In this document: in pieces, positions 19,428 to 29,498 of the stretch
Position numbering within the stretch: position 1 is the first letter of the stretch
Layout: each line of letters begins with the position of its first letter
NCBI GenBank assembly: GCA_043801745.1
Contig: JAZDLR010000021.1
Coordinates: 6,018-70,017 of the forward strand
From: Candidatus Komeilibacteria bacterium
GTDB lineage: Bacteria > Patescibacteriota > Patescibacteriia > UBA1558 > 2-01-FULL-52-15
Length of the DNA stretch: 64,000 bases
Reading direction: 5' to 3'
Program-made: the position numbers and the translations under genes
Notes under the pieces: generated by a model
Database searches by the model: none
What the model was told of the DNA's origin: nothing
Seen by the model: the letters and a program-made list of their open reading frames with translations, nothing else

Positions 19428-22400
19428 TTGGTTATGAAAAACAATAAGCAGTCAGGTCTTTTTTGGAGAATGGCGTCAATTATTGGGGCAGTACTTTTTT
19501 TGATTTTTATCAGCAGATGGGCAGCAGCTAGAATCACTAAGCGGCGCAAAATGACTCTATTCGGTGGAGTAGCCATTCTGGCTTTAGCTTTTGTTAGCTT
19601 TAATGTCCAGGGAAAATATAACGATGTTTTAACTGTACCAGCTTATTTGAGTGATAATACGGTAAAGATGGCCACCTATCAGCCGACTTTTCATAACGCT
19701 TTATATTGGCCGTTTCAATCTTGTTATGAAGGTAGCTGCTCGGGTTATCATCGGACGCTGCCAGTGGGTTGGCCCGGTGATACTACCGATTCTGAAACTA
19801 TCCGATCTATTGGCGCGGAATCAATATTATATGGAGATACGGGTTTAAATTTATATTCCGAAGGTACTTCTGCTGATCCGGCTGTCATGGCTCAATTGGA
19901 TTGGGCTGCGTCCGTGGGAATGAAAGTTAATATGTGGGATTCAGTCACTGATTATTATATCAGATGGGGTACTTATTATTCGCTACCTCAGATTCAGATT
20001 CATATTAATCGGGTTGTCGAGCTTTATGCTTCACACTCCGGATTAGGTGGCTACGATGTTGCCGGAGAACCAGAGGGCTGGGGAGCGTCACCAATACAAC
20101 GCGAAGGCATGTATGCCCGTCTGGGTCAGGTAACAGCCCTTTATAAAGCGGCTGACCCGAATCACCGCGTCTATGCGGGCACGGCTTCGGCAGCTAAGAT
20201 GCGTTTTTGCCGCGAGGGTCGCCCCACTGAATGGGCAAATTCCGGTTTTGACTCCCTCCGGGGAGGTGGCGCTTTGATTGATGAAAATAGTCAGGAATTT
20301 CAGACTAATATCGAAAACAGGATTGATCTTTTAGACGTAGATTATTTATGCACGGAAAATTATGGTATTCCCTTTGGTTTTTCTTTGGCCGCGAATTATT
20401 GGGCTGGCGATAGTATCACACCGGCAGAAACCAGAATGTACATTTATCTGCTGTTGGCTCATGGCGGACAGGGTTTAGAGTGGTTTCCTTATGGTACGGA
20501 AGGTGGATTGGTCTGGGACAATCAGGCACCTGATTATACCTTGAATTTTTCCAATTGGTTGCCGGCTATGCAGGGAGGTTTGATTTATAAAGATTCGCAA
20601 TTTAAAAAACCGCCCGGCTCCAGTAATGTTCATTATGCCGTTGATACGTTGGAAAAACACAGTGGTAATTATTCGGCCCGCATGGATTTTTCCGGAGTAG
20701 CTGGTTACAATTTTAATTTACGACTTTTTCCCCCGGGGGATGTTTCGGCTACCTGGCCTCCGAATTTTAGAGGCTTAAAAGCTAATACGAGTTACACGAT
20801 GAAGGGTTGGGTTAAGATCGATGGCGATGCGGACATTCAATTAAAAGCCATTGGCCCGATGATAGCGGGTGACGGCTCCGACGTTAATTATGCCTATTCA
20901 GAGAATCTTCGTGGGACACATGATTGGACTGAAATTACTAAAAGTTTTACCACGGGGGCCACGACCGGCTTGTTTACCTTCGGACCTTATAGTAATTCTG
21001 CTTCGACCGGTAGTGTCTGGTTTGATGATTTTTCCTTAATTGAAACTGCGGACCCAACTCAGAGGAATTTAGCAGCTAAATTTAATCCTGGTTTTGAAAC
21101 CGTGACTGGCGCTGACCGCACGCCCCGTGAACCATTATATTCTGCGGTCCGTACTTTAAATTCGGAACTGGCGACTCTGGGACCGTTGATGGTTAGTTTA
21201 AAAAGGATTAGCGCCTTTGATGATCAGAAGGTGCCGACTAAAGGATTGGTAAATTCGGTCAGCTCATCAGTGCCAGTGGGACAACCACGCGTGGAAATAG
21301 GTGTTTTTGCTACAGCAGACAGCAATGCGGATTATTATTTAGCTGTGGTAAACAGAAATATCAATTCAGCAGCCACGGTTAATTTGGTTGTGAATTCGGC
21401 TGCTAATTTAAGCTTGACTGATGCTTTAACCGGCGCCAGTCAAAACGCTGTTTCCAACGGAACAACGGCTTCTACGGTCATATCTCTACCAGCCGGCGGC
21501 GGAAAAATTTTTCACCTAACAGGAATTAAGTATAATCCGCCGCAAAAAACTTTAGTCTATTCAGAAGATTTTGACGATGGTGCTGCTCAGGGCTGGACCA
21601 TGACCGGCGGAACCTGGACTTATGTTAATGATAATGACGGTAAAGTTTTAGACGTGCGTGATAGTAGCGGCTTGGCTTATGCCTTAGATAGGGCTCATGT
21701 TTATGATGACTTGGAGTATAGCGGCAAGGTCAAAATTATGAGTGATCATGATATGAGTTATGGTGTTAGTCCAATTGATATTACTTTTAGAAAAGATCCT
21801 AATGACCCCAGTCCCGGAAATAACAAATATGATATGAGGATTACTCTTGATCCCGGTGCTGAGAGTAGCGTTGGGGTGGTTGAGCTTGGCCGGCGTGATA
21901 CTGGTAGTACTACTTGGTTTTGTTTACTTACTGACGAGAATTTTGCCCGCGGTGACCGCTATGTTGATTTTAAAATCAGGGCTTATGGTAATAGAATTGA
22001 AGGTTACTTTGACGGCACCAAATATATTGATTGTATTGATAATAGCGGTTTAGGATTTTCCTCTGGTTATATTGGTTTGCGTGTTTCAGCCGGAGCGCAT
22101 TTACGTTTCGATGATTTGCAAGTTTATTCTTTAACGGCCGCTTCAAGTTCGTGCACGGAAAACTGGGGTTGTAGTGATTGGAGTGCTTGTGTCAATAGTT
22201 TACAGACCCGCACCTGCGTTGATGCTAATAGCTGTGGCACCGAGACCACTAAGCCGGCAACCTCACAAGCTTGTTTGCCTCCGTGTGAATCAAACTTTCA
22301 ATGTGATGATTGGAGCGTTTGTAGCTCACAAGGAGGTCAGACCCGCGCTTGTGTTGATATTAATTCCTGCGATCCGCCAGGAGTGAGCCCGCCGACAACT

Positions 22401-24068
22401 CAATCATGCACTTATGTTTGTCAGACAAATTGGCAATGTTCAGCTTGGTCGGTTTGTAGTAATAGTCAGCAAGTACGCGGCTGTATTGATGCTAATAACT
22501 GTAATATTTTTTCCGGTAAACCAGCCGAGAGTCAATCCTGTATCAACCCACCTAGAAGCGGAGGTGGTGGGGGCGGTAGTGGCCCCGCAATTTCCGGTTG
22601 CGAGGAAAGGTGGGTTTGTAGCGACTGGACAAATTGTTCCGGCGGAACTCAGATGCGTGCCTGCACTGACAGCAATCAGTGTGGCACAGTCTTGAATAAG
22701 CCTCTTTTGTCTCAGAGCTGTCAGGCGGCTTGTAAACCTTTTAAGGTGTGTCAGGAGTGGTCAGCCTGTATAAATGGGAGTCAGATTAGGGACTGTCAGG
22801 ATGTCAGTAGCTGTGGCGCCACAGCGGATACGACACTCACCCGCGACTGCTTAAGTGATACAGCTGCGGATATTATTTCGCCGGAAACTTATATTTCCCA
22901 GGCAGCAGTTCAGGGAGATACGGCTTCAATATTAGTTTATGCCAGTGATAATCAGACACCTTCGGCCAGCTTGAAATTATTTTGCCGCGTTGATCGCACG
23001 GAGGAAACTCAGTGTCCAACTGGTCAGCGGGTAATTTTAAGAAATTTAGCCAACGGCAGACACATCATTCATATTAGCAGTCTTGATGCTGCTGGTAATA
23101 AAGATTTGACGCCGGCTGAAGCAATAATCACAGTCACTAATTTACAACAAATTATTACTATTCCCAAGTCGGGCCCAAGTTTAGTCAGGATATTTGATAA
23201 TTTAGGCCGCCTGCTGTCGCAATTTTATGCCTTTGCTGCTTGGCATAAGTGGGGCGGCAGCGTCGGGGTGATTTATACTAATCAAGGACAGGAAATTGTT
23301 GCTGCTGCCGGCCGTGGTGGTCCGCCCGAAGTCAAGCTGTTTACTAAGGAAGGGAATTTGCTTAGCAGCTTTATGGCTTATCCGGATAATTTCCGCGGTG
23401 GCGTCAACGTGGCCGTGGCTGATTTAAATGGTGATGGCTTGCAGGAAATTATTACTGCTCCGGCTAGCGGAACCGGTCCTTGGCTCCGAGTTTTTAAAAC
23501 CGATGGAACTTTGGTAGGAGAGGGTTTGGCCGGAGACAAAGATTTCCGCGGCGGTTTGAATATCGCGGCCGGCACTTTAGATAACAGTGGAACTGATAAA
23601 CTGGTAGTAGCGGCGGCCAGTAACGGTACAGGAGAGATTAGTATTTATTCCTTGAAAGATGGAATTTTAGCTCAGGATAAAATTGTGAAACTGGAAGTAG
23701 TAACAGCCACCGCTGGCATATCTGTTGCTATTTCTCAAGTTACCGGTGAGGAGCCGCAGATTATTGCCAGTGTGACTGAAGGTTCTAAGACGCCGGAGAT
23801 TTATGTTTATGCTGCAACTTTGGATTATGTCGGCAAGATTCTGGCCGGAGACGCGAAATTTACCGGTGGTCTAACGGTTGGTAGCGGGGGATTGCGGTCG
23901 GAAGCCGGAGCCAAGGAAATTATTTCCGCTATTTACTCACAAGCCCGCTGCCGCATAACTTTATATTCTCCCGGAGAAAATCTTAAAAATTTACAGCCGG
24001 TCAGAACATTCGCTCCTTATGGTTGGAGTCGGTTTAGTATCAATGCTGTTATCGGCGCGCTTTATTAG
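19428..24068 (+). CDS. Giant (1546 aa) membrane-anchored surface protein: GH-like TIM-barrel region, CBM4/9-like domain, LamG/DUF1080-like jelly-roll, 6 tandem ~42-aa Cys-rich W-x-C-S-x-W-S-x-C repeats, Ig-like region, FG-GAP/VCBS beta-propeller repeats
   Basis: N-terminal TM helix. 'DVAGEPEGWG'. CBM-like 'GWVKIDGD...WTEITKSFTT...VWFDDFSLIE'. 'YIGLRVSAGAHLRFDDLQVY'. Repeats such as 'NWGCSDWSACVNSLQTRTCVDANSCG'. 'ADLNGDGLQEIITAP' FG-GAP-like repeats. Confidence 0.8.
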   Translation: MVMKNNKQSGLFWRMASIIGAVLFLIFISRWAAARITKRRKMTLFGGVAILALAFVSFNVQGKYNDVLTVPAYLSDNTVKMATYQPTFHNALYWPFQSCYEGSCSGYHRTLPVGWPGDTTDSETIRSIGAESILYGDTGLNLYSEGTSADPAVMAQLDWAASVGMKVNMWDSVTDYYIRWGTYYSLPQIQIHINRVVELYASHSGLGGYDVAGEPEGWGASPIQREGMYARLGQVTALYKAADPNHRVYAGTASAAKMRFCREGRPTEWANSGFDSLRGGGALIDENSQEFQTNIENRIDLLDVDYLCTENYGIPFGFSLAANYWAGDSITPAETRMYIYLLLAHGGQGLEWFPYGTEGGLVWDNQAPDYTLNFSNWLPAMQGGLIYKDSQFKKPPGSSNVHYAVDTLEKHSGNYSARMDFSGVAGYNFNLRLFPPGDVSATWPPNFRGLKANTSYTMKGWVKIDGDADIQLKAIGPMIAGDGSDVNYAYSENLRGTHDWTEITKSFTTGATTGLFTFGPYSNSASTGSVWFDDFSLIETADPTQRNLAAKFNPGFETVTGADRTPREPLYSAVRTLNSELATLGPLMVSLKRISAFDDQKVPTKGLVNSVSSSVPVGQPRVEIGVFATADSNADYYLAVVNRNINSAATVNLVVNSAANLSLTDALTGASQNAVSNGTTASTVISLPAGGGKIFHLTGIKYNPPQKTLVYSEDFDDGAAQGWTMTGGTWTYVNDNDGKVLDVRDSSGLAYALDRAHVYDDLEYSGKVKIMSDHDMSYGVSPIDITFRKDPNDPSPGNNKYDMRITLDPGAESSVGVVELGRRDTGSTTWFCLLTDENFARGDRYVDFKIRAYGNRIEGYFDGTKYIDCIDNSGLGFSSGYIGLRVSAGAHLRFDDLQVYSLTAASSSCTENWGCSDWSACVNSLQTRTCVDANSCGTETTKPATSQACLPPCESNFQCDDWSVCSSQGGQTRACVDINSCDPPGVSPPTTQSCTYVCQTNWQCSAWSVCSNSQQVRGCIDANNCNIFSGKPAESQSCINPPRSGGGGGGSGPAISGCEERWVCSDWTNCSGGTQMRACTDSNQCGTVLNKPLLSQSCQAACKPFKVCQEWSACINGSQIRDCQDVSSCGATADTTLTRDCLSDTAADIISPETYISQAAVQGDTASILVYASDNQTPSASLKLFCRVDRTEETQCPTGQRVILRNLANGRHIIHISSLDAAGNKDLTPAEAIITVTNLQQIITIPKSGPSLVRIFDNLGRLLSQFYAFAAWHKWGGSVGVIYTNQGQEIVAAAGRGGPPEVKLFTKEGNLLSSFMAYPDNFRGGVNVAVADLNGDGLQEIITAPASGTGPWLRVFKTDGTLVGEGLAGDKDFRGGLNIAAGTLDNSGTDKLVVAAASNGTGEISIYSLKDGILAQDKIVKLEVVTATAGISVAISQVTGEEPQIIASVTEGSKTPEIYVYAATLDYVGKILAGDAKFTGGLTVGSGGLRSEAGAKEIISAIYSQARCRITLYSPGENLKNLQPVRTFAPYGWSRFSINAVIGALY

Positions 24069-24087
24069 ATTGAACCAGATCTGGACA

Positions 24088-24128
24088 TAAAAAAACAGAG
24101 GCTTGATCATAACCTCTGTTTTGTTGTT
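24088..24128. terminator. Bidirectional Rho-independent terminator between the convergent giant gene and thrS
   Basis: ACAGAGG/CCTCTGT stem flanked by an A-run upstream and a T-run downstream. Confidence 0.65.
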
Positions 24129-25888
24129 TATAACTTTAATTCACCGGAACGGCCAGTGATAAGTTCCCGGAGTTTATTCAGTAGCGCTTCTGATTCAATA
24201 TTAACCAGCTGTTCTTGTCCGCGTATACGTACCTGCAAATCGCCGCCATCAACTTCTTTTTGCCCTAACACAATCTGATAGGGGATTTTCTGACCAGCAG
24301 CTTTACGGATTCTATTACCCAGAGTTTCATTACCATCATCAATAGTAACGCGGATTCCCTGCGCTTTCCAGTTAGCCGCCAGTTTATGAGCAGACTCAGT
24401 AAATTTGTCGCTGACCGGTAATAAGATGACTTGAATCGGCGCCAGCCAGAGGGGGAAGTTGCCGGCGTAGTGTTCGATTAAGAAACAGAGGAATCTTTCG
24501 TGAGTGGACAGTGGGGCGCGGTGGATAACAAAGACCTGATTATTTAGAGCGCCAGTACTGTCAGTATAGGATAGATGAAAACGCTCTTTGGCCAGGAAAT
24601 CCAGCTGAATCGTCGACATAGACTCTTCACGGCCAATAACCGAGCGGAACTGCACGTCAATTTTTGGGCCATAGAAAGCTGCTTCGTCACTGACCTCTTC
24701 AAATTTAACATTCATTTTTTTTAATAGCTGGCGCAGAATATCTTCGGTCATGGACCAATTTTCCGGCTGGTCAATGTACTTTTCCTTATGAGCCGGATCC
24801 CAGAGTGATAGCCGGAACCAATAATCATTCAGACCGAATAGCTGGAAGTATTTTTGTGTTAGCTGCATTACTTTGGCCACTTCTTCTTCGATCTGATCGG
24901 CGCGAACGTAAATATGGCCATCATTCATGGATAGCATGCGTACGCGCAGTAAACCTGCCAAAGCCCCAGATAATTCATTACGGTAGCAGGTGCCGTATTC
25001 AGCTAAACGTACAGGTAAATCACGGTAACTGCGCGGCTTGGATAAGTAAATCAAATGGTGATGTGGACAGTTCATGGGTTTAAGATAATAGGTACCATCA
25101 TCCATTTGCATAGCCGGGTACATACTGTCTTTATAGTAGGGAAGGTGCCGCGACATTTGAAATAGTGGCTCTTTAGCCATATGTGGAGTGGAAACTCGCT
25201 GATAGCCATCAGCATTTTCCATTTCAATGGCTAGTTTCTCAATCTCATTTTTAATAATCGTTCCGTTGGGAAGCCATAAAGGCAGACCCTTACCGACCAG
25301 ATCATCGAAAGTGAAGAGCTCCATTTCTTTACCGATTTTACGGTGGTCACGTTTTTTGGACTGCTCCAGATTATTGAGATAGACATTCATTTCGTCCGCC
25401 GTGGCAAAAGCCGTACCGTAAATGCGGGTCAGCATTTTATTTTTCTCATCTCCGCGCCAGTAAGCACCGGCTAGGGAAAGTAATTTGAAATGCTGCAAAT
25501 CTTGGCCGGGATTGTCCGTGTGACCGCCGCGGCAAAGGTCAGTAAAGTTGCCGGCGGTGTAAAGAGAAATTTTCTGTCCGGCTTTAATAATTTCCTCAAT
25601 AAGCTCCAGCTTGAAAGGATTGTCAGCAAACATTTTCTTAGCCTCTTCCGGACTGACTTCCCGACGTTCAAATTTGTTCCAGGTTGGAGCCAAGAGCCGC
25701 ATTTTGTCTTCAATTTTTCCCAATTCATTCTCGGAGATAGGACTGGCAAAATCGAAGTCATAATAAAAGCCCTCATCGATAACCGGACCGATAGTATGTT
25801 TGGTGTTAGGATAAAGTTCCATCACCGCGGCGGCCAGTAAATGTGCGGCGGAGTGACGGAGATTATTTAGGTCATTATTTTTTTCCAT
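24128..25888 (-). CDS. thrS: Threonine--tRNA ligase
   Basis: Class II aaRS motifs, 'HRAPLSTHERF', second-additional-domain 'HSAAHLL'. Confidence 0.9.
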   Translation of the reverse strand: MEKNNDLNNLRHSAAHLLAAAVMELYPNTKHTIGPVIDEGFYYDFDFASPISENELGKIEDKMRLLAPTWNKFERREVSPEEAKKMFADNPFKLELIEEIIKAGQKISLYTAGNFTDLCRGGHTDNPGQDLQHFKLLSLAGAYWRGDEKNKMLTRIYGTAFATADEMNVYLNNLEQSKKRDHRKIGKEMELFTFDDLVGKGLPLWLPNGTIIKNEIEKLAIEMENADGYQRVSTPHMAKEPLFQMSRHLPYYKDSMYPAMQMDDGTYYLKPMNCPHHHLIYLSKPRSYRDLPVRLAEYGTCYRNELSGALAGLLRVRMLSMNDGHIYVRADQIEEEVAKVMQLTQKYFQLFGLNDYWFRLSLWDPAHKEKYIDQPENWSMTEDILRQLLKKMNVKFEEVSDEAAFYGPKIDVQFRSVIGREESMSTIQLDFLAKERFHLSYTDSTGALNNQVFVIHRAPLSTHERFLCFLIEHYAGNFPLWLAPIQVILLPVSDKFTESAHKLAANWKAQGIRVTIDDGNETLGNRIRKAAGQKIPYQIVLGQKEVDGGDLQVRIRGQEQLVNIESEALLNKLRELITGRSGELKL

Positions 25889-25953
25889 AGGTTTTATATT
25901 TTAAGTTTCAAGTATCAATTACCAAGTTTCAAACAATAATTAAGTTTCAAGTT

Positions 25954-26316
25954 TCAATTTCGTTGCTCAGTCTTGATGATAATCGCCGTGAAAATTTTTA
26001 CTAACTGTCTAGCTTCTGATAATAAATCCTGATGTATCAAATTCTGGGTTGCTTCTACTTGAATCAGCTCAAGCCAATAGGCTGATTCCCTCGCTTCTTT
26101 GCGAGAAATTTTTAGGCGCATAAGAAAATCCTTTTTACTAAGCGCCTCGCAGGCCTCGAGGTAGTTGGCACCAACAGATCCAGATGATCGGGTTAGTTGC
26201 TTACCGTCTTCAATATTTGTCAGGGTTCGCGGCAGTGTTTTAATGAGCTGTCTGATACTTCTGGCAAAGTTTAGTGTGCGATCTGCAATGTCGTATTTTT
26301 TGCTGGGGATAGTCAT
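25954..26316 (-). CDS. Four-helix-bundle protein (TIGR02436-like, the family often found in 23S rRNA intervening sequences)
   Basis: '...FARSIRQLIKTLPRTLTNIEDGKQLTRSSGSVGANYLEACEALSKKDFLMRLKISRKEARESAYWLELI'. Confidence 0.6.
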   Translation of the reverse strand: MTIPSKKYDIADRTLNFARSIRQLIKTLPRTLTNIEDGKQLTRSSGSVGANYLEACEALSKKDFLMRLKISRKEARESAYWLELIQVEATQNLIHQDLLSEARQLVKIFTAIIIKTEQRN

Positions 26317-26603
26317 AATTATTAAATGATTATTATTAAATCCCCGTTTTAATTTAACTTGATTATTGTTGCTTAAATATTGTTTGGAAATTGATTATTG
26401 AATATTGGCCATTTAATAAAACCCCAAGAATTTCCCGGGGTCCCTTAGTAAATTAACTTAGGACGTTTCCACCCGAGTTCCCCCTGTATTATCAGGAGAC
26501 ACTCATTTATCTGACTTAGGCCAGTTACCCAGCACTTATTCAGTAGTGAGTTGGTAGCTCACTCAATCGTCATTAGGTATCTTAAAACTAATGTTTTTTC
26601 TTG

Positions 26604-27740
26604 TCAATTACTGTTCGCTTGATCGGGATTAATCATTTCAATTTTGATGTGATCTACTAAGCGTGGAATATGACGAACCCAGAAAGGAAATAATACGACC
26701 TGGGCATTTTTTACTCCCTGATCGTTAAGATATTTTTGCGCCTCTTGGGCGGTCTTACCCACTAAGACGGACGGATCGATGAAATCATTGATCGTATTGT
26801 TGCTGGCAATAGAAGCTTCCAGATGTATTTTGGCCGTGGCAGAAGCTGTGGTGGTGTTAAAGTCAGTTAAACTATAAGTAAAGCTGTCGTTTTTGATTTG
26901 TAATAGGCTGGCGCTACTAGGCAGTTTCTCCTGTAATTTATCTGTAGCTAATAATAACAGGCGGTCAGGTTCAAAAATCATAGTGGTAAAAGTCGCCTCA
27001 ACTTGATAGCTAAATTGCTGAGTTTTAGTTCCCAAGCCCGGGTCAATTTTTTCGTTGATCACTGTGGCCACAATATGATCAGGTGAGAGATCAAGGGCGG
27101 TAGGCATTTGGGTTTTAAGTTGCTTTGCTGCAGTTTGTTTCAGGCCTTCCAGTAAACTTTTCCGCGCCTGGTCAACATCAGCGCTGCCCAGGGTTAGAGC
27201 TTCAGGTCGCTCCATTGACGCCGGTTTGTCACTCTGGCCGTAAATTTTATCTTGTTGACTTAAGGGTAATCCCGGAATAGTAAAGCGTCCGGCCGCTACC
27301 TGATAGTCGGTTCCGGGTTTGTCAGCCACAATCAGCGCTCCAATGGTTCCGTTGGCCGGTACTGTGGTACTGGCCGCCAGGCGAAACAGCTTATTGTCGG
27401 CGCTTAAGAAACGGGTAGTTTTGACTAAGGTTTGCGGCCTGGCAGTAGTATTGGTAATGGTAATTGTCGCGCTGGCTGTGTCGCTGGTGATTAATTTGCC
27501 CGATACAGAAAAAACTTTTTGCTGTTCCAGATCAATTGAAGCGGTTTCACCGTAAACCTCATCAGGCCCAGCACTATTAGTAATTTCAATTGGCGCTTCG
27601 AGGATGAAGTTCTCAACTTTAGCTGGAATTTTTATAGTGGCTAGGGCCAAAGTTATATGGACAATAACAATAATGACAATTACAGTGATTATCATAAAAA
27701 AGGTGGCAATATGGCTATAGAGGTTGCCCGAGCGTTTCAT
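26604..27740 (-). CDS. Hypothetical N-terminally membrane-anchored protein
   Basis: 378-aa ORF with an N-terminal TM ('FFMIITVIVIIVIVHITLALA'). Confidence 0.45.
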   Translation of the reverse strand: MKRSGNLYSHIATFFMIITVIVIIVIVHITLALATIKIPAKVENFILEAPIEITNSAGPDEVYGETASIDLEQQKVFSVSGKLITSDTASATITITNTTARPQTLVKTTRFLSADNKLFRLAASTTVPANGTIGALIVADKPGTDYQVAAGRFTIPGLPLSQQDKIYGQSDKPASMERPEALTLGSADVDQARKSLLEGLKQTAAKQLKTQMPTALDLSPDHIVATVINEKIDPGLGTKTQQFSYQVEATFTTMIFEPDRLLLLATDKLQEKLPSSASLLQIKNDSFTYSLTDFNTTTASATAKIHLEASIASNNTINDFIDPSVLVGKTAQEAQKYLNDQGVKNAQVVLFPFWVRHIPRLVDHIKIEMINPDQANSN

Positions 27741-27789
27741 AGGGTTATTATAGTGAATTGAAGACGTGCTGTCTATCAGTCAAATAATT

Positions 27790-28221
27790 TTATTTATTCA
27801 ATATGGCAAAGCCTTTTTTAATCGCTTTGCCTTCCTCTTCGTTTCCAGCAAATAACTTAGCTGCCTCTTCGGGTCCGACCCAGCGGAATTCGGAATGGTC
27901 TGCGGCATTGATTTTAATGTCTTGGTCGGGACTGACCAGGGTAGCGAAATAATCAACTTCGATTGAATGCTCCGAGTTATTGTCAATATAAGTGAAAACA
28001 AAGAAAGGTTCATCAATTTTTACGTCGATATGCAACTCTTCTTTAATTTCACGGGCCAAGCCTTGTTCCATGGTTTCGCCAAATTCAATATGACCGCCCG
28101 GCAACTCATATTGTCCGGCTAAAAATTTTTTGGTATCGGCCCGGCGCGCTACCAATAATTTCCCCTCTCGGTGAATAAAAGCGCTGGCTGTGATTTTTTG
28201 AGTTTTGTTGTCGATATTCAT
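27790..28221 (-). CDS. NUDIX hydrolase
   Basis: Nudix box 'GGHIEFGETMEQGLAREIKEELHIDV'. Confidence 0.75.
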   Translation of the reverse strand: MNIDNKTQKITASAFIHREGKLLVARRADTKKFLAGQYELPGGHIEFGETMEQGLAREIKEELHIDVKIDEPFFVFTYIDNNSEHSIEVDYFATLVSPDQDIKINAADHSEFRWVGPEEAAKLFAGNEEEGKAIKKGFAILNK

Positions 28222-28228
28222 AGATATA

Positions 28229-28564
28229 TTAGGTTATCTTATTTCCCGCCAGTAAATGAAAATGTAAATGAGGAGAATCTTGAAATTTACCCATATTAGT
28301 TATCAGTTTAGCCCCGTCTTTTTCTAAATTAATTTTTTTAGCTAAATCTCTGGTAACATTCAATATTTCCATCAGTATTGGTTGATCTTCAGTCGATAAA
28401 TCAACCAGGCTATTTATATGTTTTTTCGGAATAATGACAATATGAGTCATATATTGAGGTTTGGTATGTTGGAAAGCCAAAACGTTATCTGATTCATATT
28501 CAATATTCACTTTTGTTTTGCCGGATAGTACTTGGTCACAATAGAAATCGAGCGGGTTATTCAT
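28229..28564 (-). CDS. HIT-family (histidine triad) protein
   Basis: 'HLHFHLLAGN' histidine triad near the C-terminus. Confidence 0.75.
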   Translation of the reverse strand: MNNPLDFYCDQVLSGKTKVNIEYESDNVLAFQHTKPQYMTHIVIIPKKHINSLVDLSTEDQPILMEILNVTRDLAKKINLEKDGAKLITNMGKFQDSPHLHFHLLAGNKIT

Positions 28565-28630
28565 AAATATCAGAGGCTAATCATTTTGACTAAGATATGA
28601 AATAAGTGGTTCTGGATAATTTGTAATTCT

Positions 28631-29416
28631 TTACTTTGAACTTTTTTCTCGTATTGTTTTGAGAGAGGTCTCATAGCGGATTCTTTCTGGATTCGAAAAA
28701 TCTTTAAGTGCTTCAATTCTTGTCGAGATATTGGCTAGATTTTTTTCAAGCTGATTGAAGAACTCCGGCTTCAGAAAATCTTGAACGCTCTTTAAAAGCG
28801 GCTCAACATGGTATTTGATAAAACCATGCCGATTAACTATCCAATCGGTCATATTGGCAGGACTATTTTGCGGCGATTCTTCTAATAAGCGCATACTTTC
28901 ATCAATCCAGCCATCCCAACCCTTAATAAATCCACTGACATCCGCCAGCGCCAGGAGTTTTTGTGCCGGCGTTTTAGGCCCGTAGTCCCGATAGTAAGTT
29001 TTTTTATTATCCGGCAGCTTGGCTTTGTCAGATTGCCCGAAAGAAGTTGCCAGAATATTGTCTCGCATGAATCGTAGGTCGTCATCGGGTAGAAGGCCGT
29101 GTGTATCTTCTCCCAATAATTTTACGGCGTATTCTTCATTACTTAGCCCATCATCTAGGGTATCCTGTCGGTAAGTATTTCCTGAATGTCCATCGTCGTG
29201 ACGTAAAGCACATTCTAGCAGCATTGCTTTTTCCTTTTCCGTCAGCAAGGTATTATCGGACAGATTGTCTAAAAATTTTTTAACATTAGCCTGAACTTCT
29301 TCAGCGTGTTGTTTATTATGATACGGATGATCTAATTCTTGAAGTCTCCGGTCCAATTTTTCTCTTGTCCCTCGGAAAACTTCCTCAATATTTGGTGGAT
29401 TTTCTGGCAGTTCCAT
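28631..29416 (-). CDS. Hypothetical protein, possible HD-domain phosphohydrolase-like
   Basis: 'NKQHAEEV' followed by 'ALRHDDGH' resembles the H...HD signature. Confidence 0.35.
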   Translation of the reverse strand: MELPENPPNIEEVFRGTREKLDRRLQELDHPYHNKQHAEEVQANVKKFLDNLSDNTLLTEKEKAMLLECALRHDDGHSGNTYRQDTLDDGLSNEEYAVKLLGEDTHGLLPDDDLRFMRDNILATSFGQSDKAKLPDNKKTYYRDYGPKTPAQKLLALADVSGFIKGWDGWIDESMRLLEESPQNSPANMTDWIVNRHGFIKYHVEPLLKSVQDFLKPEFFNQLEKNLANISTRIEALKDFSNPERIRYETSLKTIREKSSK

Positions 29417-29498
29417 AGATATGAATAAGTTAAGATATTAGTGTTCTTGTCTGCTAATCAGACACTTAATAAACCTTAGCCAATCCCAGCGAATTTGT

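Noticed and set aside
22551-22600. Poly-Gly tracts (PPRSGGGGGGSGP at about 22551-22600; SRSGGGGGGGM at about 48195-48225) as possible frameshift or homopolymer errors
   Set aside because: The reading frames remain open and domain order is coherent across them. They look like genuine flexible linkers.
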